DNA of 64,000 nucleotides from Rhina ancylostomus (lineage: Eukaryota). This document shows, piece after piece, positions 11,601 through 64,000 of this stretch. Within the stretch, counting starts at the first letter, position 1, and every line of letters starts with the position of its first letter. A program made the translations under genes and the position numbers. The stretch covers positions 23,621,312-23,685,311 of the forward strand of contig JARFYF010000022.1 in assembly GCA_030265395.1 (NCBI GenBank), given 5' to 3'. The notes beneath the pieces are model-generated. The model saw only the letters and a program-made list of their open reading frames with translations. It was not told the origin of the DNA and did no database searches.

Positions 11601-14030
11601 CTGTTCCCACTTCACAAATAACTTGCTAAAGGTGGAAACCAGATTAACCAAGTTTCTGTTCTTTACCCTGATTTGGGATACAGGTAGAGAGTCAAAGATG
11701 TCCCTGATTCCTCTAATTAAAATTCAGTTATGATGCTGTGATCTCAGTGTGGATGTGCCAAATTAATAACTTTTACGTTGAGGCATGGTTTAAAGAAAAC
11801 ACTTCCAAAACTGTCATAAAGTATAATACAGAATTGCTTTAGCTTTTCTTTGCTGCGTTAGAATGGGACAATGTTAAGATTGTTGAAGATTTGCTCACCC
11901 ATCACGTTGATGTATGCATCCAACTCCACTGGTACATTGATTTGTGAGTTGCAAATGTTCACTTCTACCTGTGGCTTGGTACACCGAATGAGATGAATTA
12001 ACATTTGCATACTTGGCATCAACAGAATCACGTTGACCTCTGCATTAGCTTCAACACTTGTTATACATTTTGAGTTCTGAAGGACTCATTTGGTGAAATG
12101 GTTAGGTTTTCTATGTGAGTTACAGGACATTGTGCTTTGTGAGGGTAGAGTCACGTCAATAAAAACATTGCTGTGAGTTCTGGTTAATTCACTGATGCTG
12201 GTGATGTTCCCCAATGACTGTTTTGATTTGCATTCTGCCCTTGTGATTATTTTCTCCTTTGATTTTATTCACAGCAGTATCTTGTGGCCTTGCATCAAGT
12301 ACTCCGTTCTCCAAAGTTGACAATGATATTAGTTTGGACTGTTTGACATCCTTTCTAAAGCTTTCCTTCCAAGTTGTTTTGATATGAATTCAATGATCTT
12401 TGTTTCAGCTCTTACTTTATATTTGTTGGCCGGTTCTCAGCAAGCTACATTGATAAGTTGTTTCTTTTCTTCCTTGCTTTCTACGACTGAATAGAACTGT
12501 TTCATACTACTTATTGCTATGCAGTCAAAAATGCAGTCGGGTTTTGCTGCTCTGCAGTAATAAGGTGACAATGATTCTCGACCAGGAGTACTTTATTTTC
12601 TTACATCACTTGTGATTCCAAATTCTGTCATTGTCCTGTTAAGTCTTCAAACTGCTTTTCCCAGCAGGCTGGGATTCAGGACGGCTGGGAATGCACCTTG
12701 AATGGCACATGATTAGTTGTTCCTGTTGCTGACTTAATAGTGCATGAACTCAGCAAAGGTGCATTGCACGTGGTGTGTGTTACATTGGTTGTGTTACATA
12801 AATCCTGTGACGGGACTTGAGTTTGCTTTGGGTGATAATCACACAGACAAAATGTTCAAGCTAACAACAACTGTTCCTTGCTCCTTTATTCTTGTTGCCG
12901 GTGTAAATTCTGTTAAACCTTTGTATCTGTGGTTAATTATACAGACTCACTCCTGAGCATGATGCAGACAACAGCAGATTTTCTTTATTGCCACACTCAA
13001 GACACTTTGCACGCTCATAACTATCACAGTCTTAAAGAGGAAATACACAAAGTTCTTAGAAGGAAATGTTCTGGTGTAGTATAACAATTAACCCACTTGG
13101 TACTACTTTGCAGAGTACTGATTTGTTAGAGGGTCTTCGTCCTGGAGTCAGGACATTCTCCCTCTATTTTAAAAAAAGATATTCACTCGGGCTGCACGCT
13201 GTTGTGCCAGGAACCTGGTGTGAAACCCTGACCTCCATCGCTGCTCCCCTGGCAATGAATTGCCCCATGGCTCGGTGTGGGGAGGCTGCTGGTGAGGGCT
13301 GCTGTTAGGTGGGCTGGGGTGAGAAGTATCGTTGTTCAGCACTGAGACGTGGGGCTACTGCTGGGTACTGGCAGCACCTGCAGCATGCCCCAGATCCCAT
13401 GGTCGCTCTTGCCATCTCCTGTTGGATGTGACGGAAGCTGCTGTACAGCTCTTTCTTTGTCTGGCTGCACTGCTCCCTCCAGCTGGGAAGTTTCTCTGTG
13501 GTAACAAACAATGGCCAGTGACCATTGTTGGCTGATTCATTGCTGATTCCTGGCTCAGTAGTAAGCGGCAGTAGGCAGGGCAGTGTTCACACCGACGTTC
13601 ACACCAAGGTCCACCCCAACAGTGGGGAGGGCAGCAGATTCTCAGCACAGCAGCACTGTCAGTAACACATCTTTCTACGTATAATGCTATAATGGCCCCT
13701 TTAGCACTGATTTCATGATCACTCCCAAACAGTGTATAAAAATAACACTTCACTAACCAGCCATTTCCTGGCAAGCTCATTGGTATGTCTGATGGGTATC
13801 AATCACACAAGCATCAAATTACTTCAGTTCTTGTGCAAGCTCTTTATCGAGTATTGCAGGGTGACTGTCTTCCCCCCCCCCCGCCCGCTCCCCATTGTGA
13901 CCATTGGTGGGCACTCCTCGGACAGCCACAAGTTCAGAGGGCAACTCCGGACTGGGATTCCATAAGTATGTCTCACACTTTCCATAAGGCACTGAATTCA
14001 CACCTACCAATCTCTCCCACAATTGCAGTG

Positions 14031-14240
14031 GGACCATTTGCAGTGTTGCTGGGCCAGAGGGTAAGGNNNNNNNNNNNNNNNNNNNNNNNNNNNNNNNNNN
14101 NNNNNNNNNGCTTGGGCATCTGAGCTTTCAAGTTCCTCCCAGCAAAGCTCAGAGGCCCAAGCCGTGTGATCCCCTGAGATCCTGAACCCCTAATGGTGTA
14201 ATCTCCTTACCCTCTGGCCCAGCAACACTGCAATTGGTCC
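14031..14240. repeat. ~210-bp near-perfect palindrome (hairpin), left arm partly in an N-gap
   Basis: 14031-14066 vs 14205-14240 are reverse complements (35/36); 14110-14128 vs 14144-14162 are reverse complements (18/19); 15-nt loop. Confidence 0.9.
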
Positions 14241-17200
14241 AAGCCCCAGTCTCCCAACCTTATTTCCCCTTAACTCCCACCCTTCAAATCAGCTCACCCG
14301 CCCTTCATACTCCCAAGGCCATTCCCCCCCCCTTGATCACCCACCATCACACAACCTTCTAAACCCCAATGGAACCCTGATCTGTCCTCCCTATGGCTTC
14401 TTACCAAATCGAATTCCTTAATGTTCCCACTGCACTCCCTTCCTCCACAACCACTCCCACCTTCTGATACTGATAGCATTTTACTGCAGTTGTTATAACT
14501 TGCAGTCAGATCAACATTCCTCAGAGCAATCAATCATTGTGTGCTTTACTGGTTGCATTTCATTGCCAATGGCCTTTTCTAGCTCTGGCGTTTAAAACTG
14601 TAATTAGGGTAATGCCCGTTTTTGTTGCCAATTTTCATTCTGCCCCTAAAAATGCAGAGGTTCACTGAACAGAATCTCATTCATGTCGTTCAATCCCAAG
14701 CAGTGAGCTTTGGCAGCACATTGAAAAATAAGCATTTTCAATGAACCTTTGGGAAAGGCAGCTGCATTGGTGCATGTGATAACCTGCTGAAAGGCTTGAC
14801 CATTTTCCAACTGAAGCAGGAAAGGCTGGAAAAATGACACTTACTCCAAACAAAGATGCATGGCAAAATATCTTTGGACTATGAGCCATGCCTTGGTCAT
14901 TGATACAACATCACGTAGCATTCCACTGACACCGCTACAGGCAATTGAACTCTGATTATCAAGTAGATCTCTAGGCTCTTTGCAAACTGAGAGAGGCTCT
15001 CCCTTCCTGTTATAAACGCTTTATGAGTGGACCAGTAATTAAACATAGTCTTGGACCTATTAATGCAGTAAGTACTGTGGGTGAATATTTTAAAAATCCT
15101 TTATGTAGTGGACTGGTGTACACAGTTACATGCTCTCAATGTCGTCTAAACATTACTGTTGGAGACAGCTTTCTAATTACCTGTAATTCATAAGCAACAT
15201 TTCTTCTAACAGGAAGCACTCAGCTAGTTAAAAGAACATTTGCATTTAAATAGTCTGAGGCACCCTTGTGAGTGCTCAGTGGATGCAGCAGCTGGACACC
15301 AATGACCTTTTCAATCACTGGTCCTCCACTGAAAGTGTCACCTCAGCCCTGGAGGTTGCAGGTGTGGGAGAGGGGCCGGGTGTACTGGTGGGAGCATGGG
15401 TGGATAATGGGCACTCAACAGATTTTGTGAATGGTTAATGGAGGGAGGTGCAGTGTTTACAAGGATAAACAAGTGGAATGGAGGCAGAATTGATCATGGA
15501 CATGTAGTTAGGAATGTGGGGAAGGGATGGATCAGGAACTGTAGTTGGGAAGGTGGAGAGGGATGGATCAGTAGTTTGGGAAGTCTCAGCCCTTGATAAC
15601 TGTCCTTAATGTGTATTGCACTCAACATCACATTGCTGCTCCTGTGTACAATGCACAAAAACCCATTCTACTGTACTTTGTTATTCAGCAGTTATATTAG
15701 TTTTCTAATAATTGATAAGTGTTAATTATATTAAGAGTAAATTAATTATATTGTTTGCTGATTGATTTTACCAATTTAATAGTGTTTCAGTTCTGTAAAA
15801 CCCGAAGTAAAATAGTTGGGTTTGATAACCATATCCCTATGATTACTTCTGGATTATGGTTTCATGTAGATAATGGCAAGAGAGAAACTTGGGTCTGTTT
15901 AACATTTAATTCTCCAGTCAGAATTTTGGCTTCCCTTTTGAAAAGCTTCAAAATCATCAATGGCACTGAATAAGTCATCTGAACCACTGTTTTTCACTGT
16001 AGAATTTTTATTGCTGAACCAAACTTCTGAAATGTGCCATCTCCTCAGCTGTTCTCAATAATTCCTAACAGATGGATCTCCTAAAACATCACACTCACAG
16101 TAAAGATTGCTGCATTCTTTCTCAGTTCATGAAATTAGCAGTGAGTCCATATTGCAAAGGATACTATGGCTTTAATAGTCATGTAGNNNNNNNNNNNNNN
16201 NNNNNNNNNNNNNNNNNNNNNNNNNNNNNNNNNNNNNNNNNNNNNNNNNNNNNNNNNNNNNNNNNNNNNNNNNNNNNNNNNNNNNNGCACCAACCTTGTA
16301 TGCTTATGAAAGGGCCTCTGTTTATATGGCCACCTTCGGACTTGCAAACTGAAAACCACAGCACCTGGCTGGCTGTAATATATAGACCAACAAATCAAAG
16401 CAAATACATTAGAATTTTTATTTCTGGAGCTGCTTAAAAGTACATAGAAGATTAATAGAGCAACAGCAACAAAAAAAGATTGCCTTTTTTAAATTCAACC
16501 AATGACTTATTGTTATTGAATATCTTACACATCCTACCTCTTGGCATTCTTTGCTCATAGTTTTACCACATGTCCAGATTTTATTCCTGCTCAGATTTAA
16601 ATGCAGAAAGCTTGTTACTTCATTGCCACCATGTCAAATTTATTTCAGAGTGAATTCAAACAACATATTATGTGAGCAGGGATATTTGTCAAAACAGAAA
16701 ATTATCTGCACAGCTTTACAGAGCTGCTGAAGAGTACAATTCACCATCAGTTCCAGTGTAAAGACTTAAGGCGGAAGGATTGGAGGTGGAAACATCCTGC
16801 TGGTGGATTTGAGAGATCTAGAAACAAATGGGAATATCGAGTGGCTGTTTTGTCACATCCTGAGAAGCAAAGTGGTTGTCAGGAGGGTTGCTCCCACCAT
16901 CCCCTGCGCTCTGCTCTGTTCACTGCCTGTTAGGAGGTGAAGCTGTGACTGGATTTCTCAGCCCACTTGTGCATTGCAGCTGTAGAAGCTACAACTCTGC
17001 ATGTAGCTCTCCACTGACCCACATGTGGTGAAGGCAGCTCCTTCTCAGTTGATGCCAGGCTGGTGTATCAGGGCCAATAGTTGTGATTGGCACCAGCTCA
17101 CAGTGCCAAATGGTAAACTGACAGCATGTGGTCTTTGACACAGTCCCATTCACAACGTAACGTGGCATGACTGGAATATTTCTGAGGGATCTAACTTTGT

Positions 17201-18557
17201 GGTTTGTGAGGTATGGAGACATTGTGGGTACCATTGGTCTGCTGCCTCAGCTTCTTTTGGGATGAGGAGCATGCACAGGTTGTCTGCTGGATCTAGCCAC
17301 AGCGGGCCACAGATCCCTGCATAAACTTGTGGATTGGCACAGAGGCCTCACTTGCAGATGCTCCCACAACAGCATTCCTGTGGGAGACTATCGACGTCAG
17401 CATGGATTCCTTGCTGCAGTATTACAAGAGCAAGGAAAAAAGCTGTCTTGAAGTTCTGGAGAGGGTTTGATTAATCCCTCAAAAGCAAGAACATTTACTC
17501 ATGTAACAAACCTGGAAACNNNNNNNNNNNNNNNNNNNNNNNNNNNNNNNNNNNNNNNNNNNNNNNNNNNNNNNNNNNNNNNNNNNNNNNNNNNNNNNNN
17601 NNNNNNNNNNNNNNNNNNNTGAGTCGACATAATGAGGAAGGGACAGAAAAGGCCTCAAATATTAAGTATGTAGTTAACTACCTCTTCAGTTTTATTCAGT
17701 TAGCATCAGAACCTGATATCACCCGATTGTCCATGTTCTGTTGACTTCTGTGTTCTATACTTGCCTTAAAACTGGTTTGCAGGGGGTCTAAGGTCCAGAG
17801 TGCGCATTAGAGCTGCTTGGTTGAGGCAGCTGCTGACAATACCACAGCTTGCTATTGGTGATGCAGCTTGGACTGAGTACCAGTGTGGTGGGGGGGCTGC
17901 TCTTTTTGTTTGCTTCCAGATACTTGACATAAGTAAAGACGACTCAAAGCCACCAGTAAAAATCCGAGCTATTATGGAAGCTTGCAACTTGGCTAGTCTG
18001 GCTGCCTTTCCCTCAGACCATGTTTATGAGTTGAGGAGGATAGGAAAACAAAGTACCAGGGAGAAAATATACCACTGTTAATGCTATCTTTGGCATAAAG
18101 CAACAGACAAGGTAAACATGGCATTCTGTTACCTTGAGCATTATTTACAAGTTTTTAACCATCATTTTAAACAGCGGTCAGATTTTAATAAGAATCCAAT
18201 GGAAGATAAGTAGACAACGGCCATGTTTATTCCTTGTTTGTTTATTCCTTAAATAAAAAGGAATTGGATGTACTTTGTAAGGTCAACAGTGTAGTATTGA
18301 CCATGTGCCACTGTGGGTAGGGACTCTTGTTGTGAACCAGTGATGTCAACAGGAAGGTCAAACTCCTGAGGCACTAAATGTTTGGCTACAAAAATGTCCT
18401 GCAAGCCACAGGAAGTGGCACAGGCAGTATTGCCTTAAACAGCAGGTGATGTCACTGTAAAACAGACTTCTGACAAAAGGTAATCCAGACTGAAAAATAA
18501 AGTGGCTGCAAATGCCGGTGAATGTGTTGCTGATGTGACTTCTCTGTGGTTTTGCAG

Positions 18558-60393
<41,836 letters not shown>

Positions 60394-61790
60394 GGAAAAA
60401 AAACTGGCCATCAATAACTGGAAAAGTATTATGTACATTACAAGATACTTCATGTGGGCTATCCCTTTCCAGTGATTTTCTTACCCCAGCTTTGTGACAT
60501 TTGGTTCTTTGGTGATGTGAAGAACTACCACAAGAGGTAAATTTGATTTCCCTGAGTAAACTCTGATTTAGTGATAATTACCCAAAACCAAATCAAGGAA
60601 TGTGTTGGTAATCTAATATTTTTTATTCATTCTTTACCTCTCCCCCCCTCAAAATCTCCAATAGCTGCACTGAAGAAATGGTGAGGGGATATTTGAGCAA
60701 CAGTTCATTTGGCTAAAATAAAATGGGACAGATCAGAACAGATATGCCAGTCTGACTGAAATATTATTCTATACACATGCCTTACCTTGGAGTCAAATAT
60801 GGATAAAGCAAGACAGAATCAGAAAGAAATCTCAAACTTTGCAAAGATTACAAGCCCAATGCACTCTGTGCACAGAACTACAGGCATTTTATTTGTGGGT
60901 TATAAGTAAAAGATTGTAGGCAATGTCATTTCTATTAGTTTGGGAAACTAATCTTTAGTTTGCATAATATATGTATGTGCTGGTCATAGANNNNNAATGG
61001 AGAGACCATAAATGACATTTCCTGATGTGAGTGGAAAATTTCACTACGATGATTAAAATTAATCTGGGTACATTTCTTGAATACATTGTCGATACTTTAC
61101 CATTATAAGATGAAAATATTAATAAACAGATTAATGGCTTTGTTATAACAGCACATACGAATATTATGCAAAGGTATTAATCAGTTTGTTAGGAATAATG
61201 AGGAATCTCAATTTCTAACTGTATTCCAGCTTAGTACATGCATGATATTTTGCTTTTTTCCTGAAATAATACATTAAAGGGGGTTGTCTTTAAAATCTAT
61301 AGATTTTGTTAGTAGACAATAAGATCTACTGACCTGTAAAGCCCATTAAAAAGGTCATTAGAGTCCATGATGGACTAATAAAAATCAATGATAATAACAC
61401 GTACAGATTAGCAAAAGCACATTAGTTTTGCACTAGTTTAAAATAAGAGGGCTTAGCCAATGCAGTCTCCTGTCTAAATACAAGTAACAAATGCTTTGAA
61501 GAACATTGAGAATAAGGTAGAAATGAAATATACACACTTTGCAAATTATAATCAGTTCTTGAAGTAAAGCTTTCAAAGTCAGTATAAAAGGTGCATATAA
61601 ATAAAACTGAGTGTTTTATAAAAAAAAGCAGATTTAAAATAGTTGCTACGCAGCCATGGAATGCACTGTTAAATATTAGCTTCTAGTATACTGAAAGTCC
61701 ATTTTCAGGATTTTACCTATGTAGGCTGTGCGATAACTAAAACAAAACACGTTTTGTAAATACCAGAATAAAACATACTTTCTAAATTGT
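60394..61790 (+). other. ABTB2: Probable ABTB2 3' UTR (end uncertain) with several candidate poly(A) signals
   Basis: AT-rich, repeat-poor sequence after the stop; AATAAA at 60717, 61121, 61377, 61600 and 61767. The site actually used cannot be determined from sequence. Confidence 0.5.
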
Positions 61791-62875
61791 ACTGAAGGAT
61801 TACCATCACCTTAGTATTAAATTCAAAAGGCAGCTTCAAACATCTGGGCACAATGTGACATTAAATATTCCAAAAGCAAAATACTGCAATTCAGGAAGGT
61901 GCTACATGCAGTTCAATCACAGAATAAATAACTGAGACAAATTTTCACATGAATTATGTTCTTTACTATCTTCGTTAATATTTTGGCTTTAAAGTACTTC
62001 ACACGACTGACACAGTGTTATAACAAGAGACAGAACTAAAAGCTTGTTCATAGCACTACTTCAGGACTGTCCTTGAAGCAAAGAAAGGTGGAAAGTTCTA
62101 AGGAAATTTCAGAACTTGGAATTATGAAGCAGTCAGTCAGAAGCAGAACAAATAGAGTCGTGCTGAGTTTAGCAGGGAAGGAAGTCAAATTGGATTGCAG
62201 AGATGGCAGTAGGTCTTTGGATGACAATGGTTAGTTTTTTTTTAATTGGAAAATTAGATATTTACTTAGTGTAGAAGTTATAAAAATATCCAGCTGAAAA
62301 CTGCCTAAGTTTTGGGGGGGGGGGGGTGTTTGTCAGTGAGGAGTGTACAGTATCCCTGATGGAAATGTTCTTTCTCAGCATCTTGAGCTGAAAAGTTAGT
62401 GCCAAGGCTGGCACACTGGTGTTTTTGTACTGTTGACAAAATCTTTAAAATAAAAACTAGAGAAACAATTTTGCCTTGTTGATATTTTTATGAATAAGTT
62501 ATAATTTATGCTTTAGTCTTTATTGCCCAATAGATCAATTTAAGGTTTCTCATGAGGTCTATTTACAATAACTGAACACACCTAAAAATGGTCAAATCTG
62601 AACTCTCACTCAAAAGTGCCATTTTCTCCCCATTTTCTTTGATAAACTGTAGGAGATCTGGTTGAACATATATTAAGAAACAAGATTCATAATTGGTAAT
62701 GTTTTGCACACTAAATTATAAACAACTGATTTTTAAAATTGTAAATTATGCCATAATAGACATTAGGAGAAAAAAATGCAATTATTTTGTCCAAAATTAA
62801 ATTTTTCTAAGTTTGAAATTTATTTTATGCACTTAGTTAGACTTGAATGGCTGACTCCCATTTTATTTTATTTAT

Positions 62876-63178
62876 TAGAAACAGGTGGTGGCCATTCAAC
62901 CTGTCAAGTCCAGGCCAATACTTGGGGAGCAATCCCATGAGTCCCAGTACCTCCAAAACTTGTTCTTTCTCACTTATGCCCATCAATTTCCCTTTCATTC
63001 TTTTTACTGTTAACCTACACTAAGGAGCAACTACAGTTGCCAATTAACCTACCAGAACATCTTTGGGACATATAAGGAAACACGTGTTACTGTAAAGAAA
63101 ACCTGCAAACTCTACACAGGCAACACCGGTGGTCAGGAGGCATGAAGCAGTTTCTCTCGTCGTTATGCCACCATGCCA
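62876..63178 (-). mobile_element. HE1/V-SINE-like element, decayed
   Basis: CCTACACTAAGGAGCAACTACAGTTGCCAATTAACCTACCAG...CCTGCAAACTCTACACAG...GCCACCATGCC; same layout as 4138-4669. Confidence 0.75.
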
Positions 63179-64000
63179 TGATTGATAAGGAATTCACAAA
63201 AAAAATCAACAAGCATTTACTTGAACTGCGCTTAAGAAACTATTGCCACACATTATTCATGTCATTATGATATTTCCTCAAATGGAGTACTTTGTTGTTT
63301 AACTATACCTAATGAACATGAATTGAGGTGCATAGTGGATTCCTAAAAGGCATATAAAGTTCCAGATTTGCTATCCTTCCATCACCTCTCAGCTTCAAAC
63401 CACTGAATTTGCTTGTTTGGAAATTCTGCCTATTAAATGTTGTTTTTGCTTACACCTAATCCCAGTCATTTAGGTTTGTAACCCAAGCACTGTTAAGTAG
63501 AAGGTCTCTATTTGGAGAACTATAATCCTATTGGGCAACTTCAGTACTTCTGATTTGGTTATAGGAACTACCACACTGTTGTACTTCAAATTAGTGAATG
63601 TCACAAGTTGGGTGCAAGGTGACTGAAATTACACCATTCTAAATAACAGTGTATAAAAGTTTTTTAAATGAATTATTGAATACACCAAGGGCTTTCTTTA
63701 TGTTTGCCTAAAGCCATCCATACTGCAAAATGCAATCATTGAACATTGCTTTTTTTAAAAAAAAACTTACTCACTTACCTTTAATATCCAAATTATTGCT
63801 GCTTTAGGATCTCCTGGAAACAATAGCAATAGGAGCACCCTCACTGCATTGTAGCATTGCAAGAAGCTAGTTCATTAACACTCTATCAGAGGCATTCAGC
63901 AATGGGAAGTATTTTTTGTTATCCGCTGTAATACATATACACCAAGACTGAATAAGAAGAAAAACAATTAAATAGCTTGTTCAGGATTTCAAAGTATTCC

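Noticed and set aside
13190-13640. GC-richer tracts (also ~15250-15450, ~16990-17450, ~35600-36000) suggestive of decayed Harbinger/Myb-SANT transposon sequence
   Set aside because: No convincing transposase motif or TIR could be read; needs a tBLASTn/Dfam search.
1-18557. ABTB2 exon 1 / CpG-island promoter
   Set aside because: No long GC-rich ORF with the expected N-terminal sequence was found; it must lie upstream of the window.
60394-64000. Coding exons of a convergent neighbour (NAT10 by human synteny)
   Set aside because: Candidate minus-strand exons (~63221-63308 and 63779-63947) have stops in all frames and no NAT10-like peptide.

Overview
Eukaryotic (vertebrate) genomic DNA from a gapped assembly. 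The repeat content (CR1-type LINE 3' ends with the ...AAGGG(C/A)CTGTTTCTGTGCTGTAT tail, HE1/V-SINE-like tRNA SINEs, Deu-domain SINE remnants) points to a cartilaginous fish, probably a batoid (inference). The window holds the 3' 16 coding exons of ABTB2 (ankyrin repeat and BTB/POZ domain protein 2) on the + strand, 18558-60393. All introns are GT-AG with consistent phases, giving 2186 coding nt that end in ...YITSRV*. The first coding exon is not in the window, so 1-18557 is presumably intron 1. The rest is intron and 3' flank with decayed retroelements. Most notable non-genic signals: (i) a recurrent foldback retro-element with long target-site duplications whose arms carry minimal hammerhead-ribozyme-like cores (Penelope-type pLTR); (ii) a ~210-bp near-perfect palindrome at 14031-14240; (iii) an antisense exon-like block near the right edge. 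Most ORFs in the supplied track are spurious or come from N-runs. Boundaries of decayed repeats are approximate. Comparisons with human ABTB2 and repeat consensuses are from memory, not from alignments.
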